A stretch of DNA of 64,000 nucleotides from positions 27,652,001 through 27,716,000 of the forward strand of contig NC_086381.1 of the NCBI RefSeq assembly GCF_036588685.1, read 5' to 3'. The notes under the pieces were generated by a model that was given only the letters and a program-made list of their open reading frames with translations, was not told the origin of the DNA and ran no database searches. Source of the DNA: Mytilus trossulus (lineage: Eukaryota). Shown here piece after piece: positions 1 through 16,455 of this stretch (the first letter of the stretch is position 1; each line of letters starts with the position of its first letter). Both the position numbers and the translations under genes were made by a program.

Positions 1-1098
1 AATCTTTTTATACAGTATTTTTCTTGTTCAAAAGATACAGTTTCAGAGATAGTCCACTCTGCAGACTTAAGAGAGTAAAAGAGTAAAAACTAAACTACAG
101 CATACCAGTCAGTTATTTAAGCATGGACAGATAGATTTGTAAATAAAAACAGGTGTGCATGATAATTTTTCTCAAAATCACCTTTACCAGTTTCAATAAA
201 GATGTCCCGGGAAATTCACATTTCAAACATGTTATTATTACATGTATACAATCAATGCTCATCTTTTAACAACTAATTAGGAATCTTTCTAAATTTAGCA
301 GCTACTTTATACATGTAGTCATAGGTTTTTGAAATGTACACAGTGCAGCCTCACTTTTTAAATACCACAATTGGTACATCATTGAATGAATGAATTATTG
401 CGCCTTGTCTATTTTTCTCCACCAATGGGAAAAAAAGATTCATCCGCACACATGTTCACATCATTTATAAGGCACATAGAGCACCCAAAATAGATGCATT
501 TTAAGCACAAAATAAAGGTATTCAAGAAAAACTTCTTTCTGTAACACACAATTGATGGAGACAAAGTTTTCAATGAGAATTTAAGGTGGACTACTTGGAC
601 CCGTACCGAAAATATATTTCAGAAATATAAAATAATTGATTCTTCTCATGTTGTCACAGTAGAATACACAATATGAGTAAAAAATACATAAAAAAAGCAT
701 CTAAAAAATAAGTGAGAAAATAAGACCGAGAAAAATGCAATTTAGAGAAAAATATAACCACAGAAATTAGAAAGAAATACATTTTAATAATTCTGTAATT
801 AGAAGATGGATTGTATTGTTCTTGGAGTATGTTTTTTCTTACCTTTTTTTTATTTAAATGTATACATGTATGTTAATTTTTTCAGGAGGGTATACCAGAA
901 AATGTATAACATTCTTGTTTTTTCCGAAGGATTTGGAAGAATTAGATAAATAAAAAATATGTATGTCTCTCTATCTCTATTTATCCTTTTATTTCTCTTC
1001 TTTGCATGTTATGAAATAAGTTTCTCTATATTTTTCTTCTATCAATACAGTAACCCGACTTGTCTAATCTTAAGTGAGTGCAAAAAAAAAAGATAATA

Positions 1099-1154
1099 AG
1101 AAAGAAGAATAAAGAGAGATGTGGAGAGAAAGAAGAATAAAGAAAGATGTGGAG
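1099..1154. repeat. 2 x 28-bp tandem duplication downstream of H3 (every unit)
   Basis: AGAAAGAAGAATAAAGA(G/A)AGATGTGGAG twice, 1 mismatch. Confidence 0.9.
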
Positions 1155-1196
1155 AGGGGGTTTCAGCTATATTTGATTTTGATGTACAACATATTC

Positions 1197-1208
1197 AGAC
1201 TCTTTTTG
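1197..1208 (-). promoter_or_regulatory. Histone downstream element (U7 snRNP site) of H3
   Basis: Sense CAAAAAGAGTCT, 12 nt after the stem-loop. Confidence 0.85.
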
Positions 1209-1220
1209 GAAAATATTGGT

Positions 1221-1236
1221 GGCCCTTAAAAGGGCC
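1221..1236 (-). promoter_or_regulatory. Histone 3' stem-loop (SLBP site) of H3; repeated in every unit
   Basis: Sense GGCCCT-TTTA-AGGGCC followed by ACCAA; 6-bp stem, 4-nt loop. Confidence 0.97.
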
Positions 1237-1261
1237 GTTATTGTATAGAGTAAAGGTCAGT

Positions 1262-1890
<629 letters not shown>

Positions 1891-2260
1891 ATGATTGTTC
1901 ACCCCAAGCTAACAATTGGCACAATTTGTTTCTATTCTGATAGTGTCAGCGAAAATTTGACATAAGACCAAAAAAAATAATAATCAAGAGTAATGCAGAA
2001 CTTAATAATAATCTTTATTCAAATAATAAATAATTGTTTAATCAACAGTCTGACACGAAATTAATAATTGACAGGAAATGTAAATTAAAGAGCAAAATAG
2101 AAGAAGAAAAAAGAGAAAAAAAACATCATCCATCCATTTTCATCAATAGCCAGTGGTATAGAAATGCAGCCGTTTTCTTAGTTTCTCGTATAGACATGCT
2201 TACTATAGTACACAATTGTCACTCGTCTCAGTGTCTTAAAACAAAGAGAACACTTTTTAT

Positions 2261-2352
2261 CCTCTCTATAGTCTTTGTGTTCTCTCTAGCTATACAGTCT
2301 CTGTATTCTCTAGTCTCTGTATCATGTAAAGCCATGATATTCTCTATATAGT
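2261..2352. repeat. Degenerate ~16-bp minisatellite in the H3-H2A spacer
   Basis: AGTCTTTGTGTTCTCT / AGTCTCTGTATTCTCT / AGTCTCTGTATCATG variants. Confidence 0.55.
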
Positions 2353-2984
2353 ATACTGCACGCATACTGTGAAACTTGCACATTGTTGAAGTATTCTTTA
2401 TTGTTTATATACGAATTTTGCAAATACAAAGGATTTGAGCTAAAAAATAATCTACACAACTATAAACATACGCATAAGTACTTTGTATAGGAACACAAAA
2501 TATATATTATATATCTAAGAGAATGTGACAGCAGAAGAGGAAGAAAAGAATTCACATAGATCACAGTTAGACAGACAACGAACGAACGAATATATATTAT
2601 ATAAAAATAAGGTCATAGATTGTATTGTGTGTGCTTATATAGTATAATATATAGGACTGCAACTTAATTTACACCAAAAAAATATGCAACATTGACCACT
2701 AACAACTATGAGTTTTTCTTCCTCTCGTGCTTGCGCATTTTCATCGAATCTACGTTATATAGTTCGTTTATTTTCTTGGACTTTTATAGGGGAAAAAAAG
2801 AAACTCGTACTGTTCTTCATTTTTTTTCCACATCAAATATTGTTATATATATAATTAGAAAGTAGACATCTGTATGCTGTTTATAAAGAAAAGGAAAAAT
2901 AAAGAGATAAAGACAAGAGAAATGGAGGGAGTGAGCTATGTTTGAGATTGCTTTCTGCATTCAACTAAATTGTACAACAAAGTC

Positions 2985-2996
2985 AGATTCTTTTTG
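2985..2996 (-). promoter_or_regulatory. Histone downstream element of H2A
   Basis: Sense CAAAAAGAATCT, 12 nt after the stem-loop. Confidence 0.85.
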
Positions 2997-3008
2997 AAAA
3001 ATGTTGGT

Positions 3009-3024
3009 GGCCCTGAAAAGGGCC
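3009..3024 (-). promoter_or_regulatory. Histone 3' stem-loop of H2A; repeated in every unit
   Basis: Sense GGCCCT-TTTC-AGGGCC-ACCAA. Confidence 0.97.
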
Positions 3025-3054
3025 GTTGTAAGTGAAGTTTCTGTAGTGTTGACT

Positions 3055-3760
<706 letters not shown>

Positions 3761-4135
3761 ATGCCACCAAAAGTTGGAACCAAAGGAGCCAAAAAGGCCG
3801 TAACAAAGGCAAAGACTGCCAGACCCGGCGGTGACAAGAAAAGGAGGAGGAAGAGGAGAGAATCCTATGCCATCTACATCTACAAAGTCTTGAGACAGGT
3901 TCACCCAGACACTGGAGTATCCTCAAAGGCTATGTCTATCATGAACAGTTTTGTCAACGATATCTTTGAGAGAATCGCTGCAGAAGCTTCCCGTCTCGCT
4001 CACTACAACAAGAGATCTACCATCACATCTCGGGAGATCCAGACTGCAGTTCGTCTGCTCTTACCCGGTGAATTGGCCAAGCACGCTGTCAGTGAAGGTA
4101 CCAAAGCCGTCACAAAGTACACCAGCAGCAAGTAA
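3761..4135 (+). CDS. H2B: Histone H2B
   Basis: ...[19 protein letters not shown]...[10 protein letters not shown]; followed by stem-loop. Confidence 0.99.
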   Translation: MPPKVGTKGAKKAVTKAKTARPGGDKKRRRKRRESYAIYIYKVLRQVHPDTGVSSKAMSIMNSFVNDIFERIAAEASRLAHYNKRSTITSREIQTAVRLLLPGELAKHAVSEGTKAVTKYTSSK

Positions 4136-4161
4136 ACAACGAGAAGTTTAACTTCACAAAC

Positions 4162-4177
4162 GGCCCTTTTCAGGGCC
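4162..4177 (+). promoter_or_regulatory. Histone 3' stem-loop of H2B; repeated in every unit
   Basis: GGCCCT-TTTC-AGGGCC-ACCAA. Confidence 0.97.
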
Positions 4178-4189
4178 ACCAATATTTTT

Positions 4190-4201
4190 CAAAAAGAGTC
4201 T
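4190..4201 (+). promoter_or_regulatory. Histone downstream element of H2B
   Basis: CAAAAAGAGTCT, 12 nt after the stem-loop. Confidence 0.85.
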
Positions 4202-4290
4202 TATTATTGTTGTACATAACAAACTTCTAAATGAAGCTGTGTCCCACCCCAAAATGACAAATTTGTTTATATCTGAATTCTGTCTTTTTG

Positions 4291-4318
4291 TCTTTCTTTC
4301 TTTCTTTCTTTCTTTCTT
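4291..4318 (+). repeat. (TCTT)7 microsatellite downstream of H2B (every unit)
   Basis: Direct reading. Confidence 0.9.
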
Positions 4319-4830
4319 TTTTTCTCTTCTTTATTCTTCATTTTATTAGCCGATTTGAAAAAATATACATACACCAGAATTTAACCTTTTCACGGGTTAT
4401 ACATTTCTTCCCTCTTTTTTTTGGGGGGGGGAGGGGGTCTAGAATCGAACTATACTTGAATATGTATTGAAACATTATATAAAAAAATATCACGAACAGA
4501 TTAAATTCACACATACGTCGACAGAGAGAAAAAAGGGGGAGGGGGATTGTTTTAGGATATAAAAACAATATAACTAGAGTTTGACAATGGAGAAAAATTC
4601 AGCAATATATCTTTTACATAAAAGAATATATATGAAATAAAGAATAATTTTATTTACATTAAAAAAATCAGGAATCATATTGTATCCAAAGTCTTGCTGG
4701 TCTTTTTTTAATAGGCTTAAATAAAAAAAGTGAAAAGAAATTAAAAAAAATAAACGAATAAAAGAAAAAGGAAAGTAAAGAAAGTTGGACAGGAGAAAGC
4801 TATGGTTTTCATTTTAAGTACAACAAAGGC

Positions 4831-4842
4831 AGATTCTTTTTG
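4831..4842 (-). promoter_or_regulatory. Histone downstream element of H4
   Basis: Sense CAAAAAGAATCT, 12 nt after the stem-loop. Confidence 0.85.
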
Positions 4843-4854
4843 AAATATGTTGGT

Positions 4855-4870
4855 GGCCCTGAAAAGGGCC
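4855..4870 (-). promoter_or_regulatory. Histone 3' stem-loop of H4; repeated in every unit
   Basis: Sense GGCCCT-TTTC-AGGGCC-ACCAA. Confidence 0.97.
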
Positions 4871-4898
4871 GTTGTATTTGTATTTTTCAGCTGGCTGT

Positions 4899-5406
<508 letters not shown>

Positions 5407-6900
5407 CTGAAAATATATGAAAATAAAATATTTCAAACTGTATACAAATAAAAATACAAAGATTATAAGAGATGGACCAAATAACTAATGATCTCCATCA
5501 TCAATTAATACTTCTTATATTTTCCAATGTGAAAGAGATTTATTTCCTTTTACTTAAAATACAAGAACATATCACACTGCATACATAAGCAGGAGTTAAC
5601 AATGTGCAATTGCAATATAAAAACAATTAGTTTAAAGAAAATCTTTTTATACAGTATTTTTCTTGTTCAAAAGATACAGTTTCAGAGATAGTCCACTCTG
5701 CAGACTTAAGAGAGTAAAAGAGTAAAAACTAAACTACAGCATACCAGTCAGTTATTTAAGCATGGACAGATAGATTTGTAAATAAAAACAGGTGTGCATG
5801 ATAATTTTTCTCAAAATCACCTTTACCAGTTTCAATAAAGATGTCCCGGGAAATTCACATTTCAAACATGTTATTATTACATGTATACAATCAATGCTCA
5901 TCTTTTAACAACTAATTAGGAATCTTTCTAAATTTAGCAGCTACTTTATACATGTAGTCATAGGTTTTTGAAATGTACACAGTGCAGCCTCACTTTTTAA
6001 ATACCACAATTGGTACATCATTGAATGAATGAATTATTGCGCCTTGTCTATTTTTCTCCACCAATGGGAAAAAAAGATTCATCCGCACACATGTTCACAT
6101 CATTTATAAGGCACATAGAGCACCCAAAATAGATGCATTTTAAGCACAAAATAAAGGTATTCAAGAAAAACTTCTTTCTGTAACACACAATTGATGGAGA
6201 CAAAGTTTTCAATGAGAATTTAAGGTGGACTACTTGGACCCGTACCGAAAATATATTTCAGAAATATAAAATAATTGATTCTTCTCATGTTGTCACAGTA
6301 GAATACACAATATGAGTAAAAAATACATAAAAAAAGCATCTAAAAAATAAGTGAGAAAATAAGACCGAGAAAAATGCAATTTAGAGAAAAATATAACCAC
6401 AGAAATTAGAAAGAAATACATTTTAATAATTCTGTAATTAGAAGATGGATTGTATTGTTCTTGGAGTATGTTTTTTCTTACCTTTTTTTTATTTAAATGT
6501 ATACATGTATGTTAATTTTTTCAGGAGGGTATACCAGAAAATGTATAACATTCTTGTTTTTTCCGAAGGATTTGGAAGAATTAGATAAATAAAAAATATG
6601 TATGTCTCTCTATCTCTATTTATCCTTTTATTTCTCTTCTTTGCATGTTATGAAATAAGTTTCTCTATATTTTTCTTCTATCAATACAGTAACCCGACTT
6701 GTCTAATCTTAAGTGAGTGCAAAAAAAAAAGATAATAAGAAAGAAGAATAAAGAGAGATGTGGAGAGAAAGAAGAATAAAGAAAGATGTGGAGAGGGGGT
6801 TTCAGCTATATTTGATTTTGATGTACAACATATTCAGACTCTTTTTGGAAAATATTGGTGGCCCTTAAAAGGGCCGTTATTGTATAGAGTAAAGGTCAGT

Positions 6901-7365
<465 letters not shown>

Positions 7366-8693
7366 TCAAATGTTAGTGTATTTGTGCTAGCCGCAATGTT
7401 TGCAAACACGACACTGATTGGCCTTTCGGGGTAATAAAACTCACGTTGATTGGTTGAAATCTCTGTGTTATGATTGGACTGATCTGGAAGTTACTTTCAC
7501 AGCTTTCGATCCCTTTTTGGACTGAAGCTATGATTGTTCACCCCAAGCTAACAATTGGCACAATTTGTTTCTATTCTGATAGTGTCAGCGAAAATTTGAC
7601 ATAAGACCAAAAAAAATAATAATCAAGAGTAATGCAGAACTTAATAATAATCTTTATTCAAATAATAAATAATTGTTTAATCAACAGTCTGACACGAAAT
7701 TAATAATTGACAGGAAATGTAAATTAAAGAGCAAAATAGAAGAAGAAAAAAGAGAAAAAAAACATCATCCATCCATTTTCATCAATAGCCAGTGGTATAG
7801 AAATGCAGCCGTTTTCTTAGTTTCTCGTATAGACATGCTTACTATAGTACACAATTGTCACTCGTCTCAGTGTCTTAAAACAAAGAGAACACTTTTTATC
7901 CTCTCTATAGTCTTTGTGTTCTCTCTAGCTATACAGTCTCTGTATTCTCTAGTCTCTGTATCATGTAAAGCCATGATATTCTCTATATAGTATACTGCAC
8001 GCATACTGTGAAACTTGCACATTGTTGAAGTATTCTTTATTGTTTATATACGAATTTTGCAAATACAAAGGATTTGAGCTAAAAAATAATCTACACAACT
8101 ATAAACATACGCATAAGTACTTTGTATAGGAACACAAAATATATATTATATATCTAAGAGAATGTGACAGCAGAAGAGGAAGAAAAGAATTCACATAGAT
8201 CACAGTTAGACAGACAACGAACGAACGAATATATATTATATAAAAATAAGGTCATAGATTGTATTGTGTGTGCTTATATAGTATAATATATAGGACTGCA
8301 ACTTAATTTACACCAAAAAAATATGCAACATTGACCACTAACAACTATGAGTTTTTCTTCCTCTCGTGCTTGCGCATTTTCATCGAATCTACGTTATATA
8401 GTTCGTTTATTTTCTTGGACTTTTATAGGGGAAAAAAAGAAACTCGTACTGTTCTTCATTTTTTTTCCACATCAAATATTGTTATATATATAATTAGAAA
8501 GTAGACATCTGTATGCTGTTTATAAAGAAAAGGAAAAATAAAGAGATAAAGACAAGAGAAATGGAGGGAGTGAGCTATGTTTGAGATTGCTTTCTGCATT
8601 CAACTAAATTGTACAACAAAGTCAGATTCTTTTTGAAAAATGTTGGTGGCCCTGAAAAGGGCCGTTGTAAGTGAAGTTTCTGTAGTGTTGACT

Positions 8694-9077
<384 letters not shown>

Positions 9078-9355
9078 TTAATACGTTGTTTGACTTGAAC
9101 AAGTATAAACAATGATTATCCAGTTAGGTGGTATTTTACTATTTATACCCGCAAAACGGATTGAAAGATGTTTCAGTTCTAAACCAATCAAATCATCGCT
9201 TCTTCCAGGTAGTTAGGGTTGAATGTTAGAAGGGTGCTCTCTCCGAAGTTCGCGTTAAGTAAAAACTTTCAATCCGTTTAGCCGAGTATAAATAGAAATT
9301 TTTATTAACGGCCATCATTCACTGATTACATTTCAGAGAGTATACATCTTTCAAA

Positions 9356-9730
9356 ATGCCACCAAAAGTTGGAACCAAAGGAGCCAAAAAGGCCGTAACA
9401 AAGGCAAAGACTGCCAGACCCGGCGGTGACAAGAAAAGGAGGAGGAAGAGGAGAGAATCCTATGCCATCTACATCTACAAAGTCTTGAGACAGGTTCACC
9501 CAGACACTGGAGTATCCTCAAAGGCTATGTCTATCATGAACAGTTTTGTCAACGATATCTTTGAGAGAATCGCTGCAGAAGCTTCCCGTCTCGCTCACTA
9601 CAACAAGAGATCTACCATCACATCTCGGGAGATCCAGACTGCAGTTCGTCTGCTCTTACCCGGTGAATTGGCCAAGCACGCTGTCAGTGAAGGTACCAAA
9701 GCCGTCACAAAGTACACCAGCAGCAAGTAA
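9356..9730 (+). CDS. H2B: Histone H2B
   Basis: Identical protein copy. Confidence 0.99.
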   Translation: MPPKVGTKGAKKAVTKAKTARPGGDKKRRRKRRESYAIYIYKVLRQVHPDTGVSSKAMSIMNSFVNDIFERIAAEASRLAHYNKRSTITSREIQTAVRLLLPGELAKHAVSEGTKAVTKYTSSK

Positions 9731-10493
9731 ACAACGAGAAGTTTAACTTCACAAACGGCCCTTTTCAGGGCCACCAATATTTTTCAAAAAGAGTCTTATT
9801 ATTGTTGTACATAACAAACTTCTAAATGAAGCTGTGTCCCACCCCAAAATGACAAATTTGTTTATATCTGAATTCTGTCTTTTTGTCTTTCTTTCTTTCT
9901 TTCTTTCTTTCTTTTTTTCTCTTCTTTATTCTTCATTTTATTAGCCGATTTGAAAAAATATACATACACCAGAATTTAACCTTTTCACGGGTTATACATT
10001 TCTTCCCTCTTTTTTTTGGGGGGGGGAGGGGGTCTAGAATCGAACTATACTTGAATATGTATTGAAACATTATATAAAAAAATATCACGAACAGATTAAA
10101 TTCACACATACGTCGACAGAGAGAAAAAAGGGGGAGGGGGATTGTTTTAGGATATAAAAACAATATAACTAGAGTTTGACAATGGAGAAAAATTCAGCAA
10201 TATATCTTTTACATAAAAGAATATATATGAAATAAAGAATAATTTTATTTACATTAAAAAAATCAGGAATCATATTGTATCCAAAGTCTTGCTGGTCTTT
10301 TTTTAATAGGCTTAAATAAAAAAAGTGAAAAGAAATTAAAAAAAATAAACGAATAAAAGAAAAAGGAAAGTAAAGAAAGTTGGACAGGAGAAAGCTATGG
10401 TTTTCATTTTAAGTACAACAAAGGCAGATTCTTTTTGAAATATGTTGGTGGCCCTGAAAAGGGCCGTTGTATTTGTATTTTTCAGCTGGCTGT

Positions 10494-10859
<366 letters not shown>

Positions 10860-12495
10860 CTATATATCTGATGAACGCGGCCCTAAAAGAAATACCACTG
10901 AATTTTTGATAGGTTGGACCTGATTGGTTGTTTTCGTCTAAATCCGGGAGGTAACTCTGTAGGAATTCTGTACACTTTCAATCCACTTTTTGACTGAAGC
11001 TCTGAAAATATATGAAAATAAAATATTTCAAACTGTATACAAATAAAAATACAAAGATTATAAGAGATGGACCAAATAACTAATGATCTCCATCATCAAT
11101 TAATACTTCTTATATTTTCCAATGTGAAAGAGATTTATTTCCTTTTACTTAAAATACAAGAACATATCACACTGCATACATAAGCAGGAGTTAACAATGT
11201 GCAATTGCAATATAAAAACAATTAGTTTAAAGAAAATCTTTTTATACAGTATTTTTCTTGTTCAAAAGATACAGTTTCAGAGATAGTCCACTCTGCAGAC
11301 TTAAGAGAGTAAAAGAGTAAAAACTAAACTACAGCATACCAGTCAGTTATTTAAGCATGGACAGATAGATTTGTAAATAAAAACAGGTGTGCATGATAAT
11401 TTTTCTCAAAATCACCTTTACCAGTTTCAATAAAGATGTCCCGGGAAATTCACATTTCAAACATGTTATTATTACATGTATACAATCAATGCTCATCTTT
11501 TAACAACTAATTAGGAATCTTTCTAAATTTAGCAGCTACTTTATACATGTAGTCATAGGTTTTTGAAATGTACACAGTGCAGCCTCACTTTTTAAATACC
11601 ACAATTGGTACATCATTGAATGAATGAATTATTGCGCCTTGTCTATTTTTCTCCACCAATGGGAAAAAAAGATTCATCCGCACACATGTTCACATCATTT
11701 ATAAGGCACATAGAGCACCCAAAATAGATGCATTTTAAGCACAAAATAAAGGTATTCAAGAAAAACTTCTTTCTGTAACACACAATTGATGGAGACAAAG
11801 TTTTCAATGAGAATTTAAGGTGGACTACTTGGACCCGTACCGAAAATATATTTCAGAAATATAAAATAATTGATTCTTCTCATGTTGTCACAGTAGAATA
11901 CACAATATGAGTAAAAAATACATAAAAAAAGCATCTAAAAAATAAGTGAGAAAATAAGACCGAGAAAAATGCAATTTAGAGAAAAATATAACCACAGAAA
12001 TTAGAAAGAAATACATTTTAATAATTCTGTAATTAGAAGATGGATTGTATTGTTCTTGGAGTATGTTTTTTCTTACCTTTTTTTTATTTAAATGTATACA
12101 TGTATGTTAATTTTTTCAGGAGGGTATACCAGAAAATGTATAACATTCTTGTTTTTTCCGAAGGATTTGGAAGAATTAGATAAATAAAAAATATGTATGT
12201 CTCTCTATCTCTATTTATCCTTTTATTTCTCTTCTTTGCATGTTATGAAATAAGTTTCTCTATATTTTTCTTCTATCAATACAGTAACCCGACTTGTCTA
12301 ATCTTAAGTGAGTGCAAAAAAAAAAGATAATAAGAAAGAAGAATAAAGAGAGATGTGGAGAGAAAGAAGAATAAAGAAAGATGTGGAGAGGGGGTTTCAG
12401 CTATATTTGATTTTGATGTACAACATATTCAGACTCTTTTTGGAAAATATTGGTGGCCCTTAAAAGGGCCGTTATTGTATAGAGTAAAGGTCAGT

Positions 12496-12960
<465 letters not shown>

Positions 12961-14288
12961 TCAAATGTTAGTGTATTTGTGCTAGCCGCAATGTTTGCAA
13001 ACACGACACTGATTGGCCTTTCGGGGTAATAAAACTCACGTTGATTGGTTGAAATCTCTGTGTTATGATTGGACTGATCTGGAAGTTACTTTCACAGCTT
13101 TCGATCCCTTTTTGGACTGAAGCTATGATTGTTCACCCCAAGCTAACAATTGGCACAATTTGTTTCTATTCTGATAGTGTCAGCGAAAATTTGACATAAG
13201 ACCAAAAAAAATAATAATCAAGAGTAATGCAGAACTTAATAATAATCTTTATTCAAATAATAAATAATTGTTTAATCAACAGTCTGACACGAAATTAATA
13301 ATTGACAGGAAATGTAAATTAAAGAGCAAAATAGAAGAAGAAAAAAGAGAAAAAAAACATCATCCATCCATTTTCATCAATAGCCAGTGGTATAGAAATG
13401 CAGCCGTTTTCTTAGTTTCTCGTATAGACATGCTTACTATAGTACACAATTGTCACTCGTCTCAGTGTCTTAAAACAAAGAGAACACTTTTTATCCTCTC
13501 TATAGTCTTTGTGTTCTCTCTAGCTATACAGTCTCTGTATTCTCTAGTCTCTGTATCATGTAAAGCCATGATATTCTCTATATAGTATACTGCACGCATA
13601 CTGTGAAACTTGCACATTGTTGAAGTATTCTTTATTGTTTATATACGAATTTTGCAAATACAAAGGATTTGAGCTAAAAAATAATCTACACAACTATAAA
13701 CATACGCATAAGTACTTTGTATAGGAACACAAAATATATATTATATATCTAAGAGAATGTGACAGCAGAAGAGGAAGAAAAGAATTCACATAGATCACAG
13801 TTAGACAGACAACGAACGAACGAATATATATTATATAAAAATAAGGTCATAGATTGTATTGTGTGTGCTTATATAGTATAATATATAGGACTGCAACTTA
13901 ATTTACACCAAAAAAATATGCAACATTGACCACTAACAACTATGAGTTTTTCTTCCTCTCGTGCTTGCGCATTTTCATCGAATCTACGTTATATAGTTCG
14001 TTTATTTTCTTGGACTTTTATAGGGGAAAAAAAGAAACTCGTACTGTTCTTCATTTTTTTTCCACATCAAATATTGTTATATATATAATTAGAAAGTAGA
14101 CATCTGTATGCTGTTTATAAAGAAAAGGAAAAATAAAGAGATAAAGACAAGAGAAATGGAGGGAGTGAGCTATGTTTGAGATTGCTTTCTGCATTCAACT
14201 AAATTGTACAACAAAGTCAGATTCTTTTTGAAAAATGTTGGTGGCCCTGAAAAGGGCCGTTGTAAGTGAAGTTTCTGTAGTGTTGACT

Positions 14289-14672
<384 letters not shown>

Positions 14673-14950
14673 TTAATACGTTGTTTGACTTGAACAAGTA
14701 TAAACAATGATTATCCAGTTAGGTGGTATTTTACTATTTATACCCGCAAAACGGATTGAAAGATGTTTCAGTTCTAAACCAATCAAATCATCGCTTCTTC
14801 CAGGTAGTTAGGGTTGAATGTTAGAAGGGTGCTCTCTCCGAAGTTCGCGTTAAGTAAAAACTTTCAATCCGTTTAGCCGAGTATAAATAGAAATTTTTAT
14901 TAACGGCCATCATTCACTGATTACATTTCAGAGAGTATACATCTTTCAAA

Positions 14951-15325
14951 ATGCCACCAAAAGTTGGAACCAAAGGAGCCAAAAAGGCCGTAACAAAGGC
15001 AAAGACTGCCAGACCCGGCGGTGACAAGAAAAGGAGGAGGAAGAGGAGAGAATCCTATGCCATCTACATCTACAAAGTCTTGAGACAGGTTCACCCAGAC
15101 ACTGGAGTATCCTCAAAGGCTATGTCTATCATGAACAGTTTTGTCAACGATATCTTTGAGAGAATCGCTGCAGAAGCTTCCCGTCTCGCTCACTACAACA
15201 AGAGATCTACCATCACATCTCGGGAGATCCAGACTGCAGTTCGTCTGCTCTTACCCGGTGAATTGGCCAAGCACGCTGTCAGTGAAGGTACCAAAGCCGT
15301 CACAAAGTACACCAGCAGCAAGTAA
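14951..15325 (+). CDS. H2B: Histone H2B
   Basis: Identical protein copy. Confidence 0.99.
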   Translation: MPPKVGTKGAKKAVTKAKTARPGGDKKRRRKRRESYAIYIYKVLRQVHPDTGVSSKAMSIMNSFVNDIFERIAAEASRLAHYNKRSTITSREIQTAVRLLLPGELAKHAVSEGTKAVTKYTSSK

Positions 15326-16089
15326 ACAACGAGAAGTTTAACTTCACAAACGGCCCTTTTCAGGGCCACCAATATTTTTCAAAAAGAGTCTTATTATTGT
15401 TGTACATAACAAACTTCTAAATGAAGCTGTGTCCCACCCCAAAATGACAAATTTGTTTATATCTGAATTCTGTCTTTTTGTCTTTCTTTCTTTCTTTCTT
15501 TCTTTCTTTTTTTCTCTTCTTTATTCTTCATTTTATTAGCCGATTTGAAAAAATATACATACACCAGAATTTAACCTTTTCACGGGTTATACATTTCTTC
15601 CCTCTTTTTTTTGGGGGGGGGAGGGGGTCTAGAATCGAACTATACTTGAATATGTATTGAAACATTATATAAAAAAATATCACGAACAGATTAAATTCAC
15701 ACATACGTCGACAGAGAGAAAAAAGGGGGAGGGGGATTGTTTTAGGATATAAAAACAATATAACTAGAGTTTGACAATGGAGAAAAATTCAGCAATATAT
15801 CTTTTACATAAAAGAATATATATGAAATAAAGAATAATTTTATTTACATTAAAAAAATCAGGAATCATATTGTATCCAAAGTCTTGCTGGTCTTTTTTTA
15901 ATAGGCTTAAATAAAAAAAGTGAAAAGAAATTAAAAAAAATAAACGAATAAAAGAAAAAGGAAAGTAAAGAAAGTTGGACAGGAGAAAGCTATGGTTTTC
16001 ATTTTAAGTACAACAAAGGCAGATTCTTTTTGAAATATGTTGGTGGCCCTGAAAAGGGCCGTTGTATTTGTATTTTTTCAGCTGGCTGT

Positions 16090-16455
<366 letters not shown>

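Noticed and set aside
2034-2351. 105-aa spacer ORF with a hydrophobic C-terminus
   Set aside because: It has a TTG start, is built from A-runs and a CT-rich minisatellite, and has no recognisable domain or promoter.
4288-4568. 60-aa and 76-aa ORFs in the H2B-H4 spacer
   Set aside because: They are translations of the (TCTT)n and poly-G/T low-complexity sequence.
4636-4641. AATAAA hexamers 200-460 nt downstream of the stem-loops (possible polyadenylated histone isoforms)
   Set aside because: They are expected by chance in such AT-rich spacers and lie at inconsistent distances; poly(A) 3'-seq would be needed.
16073-16078. Extra T (T6 vs T5) in the H4 3'UTR of unit 3
   Set aside because: A single homopolymer indel outside the stem-loop; likely a sequencing/consensus error or neutral slippage.
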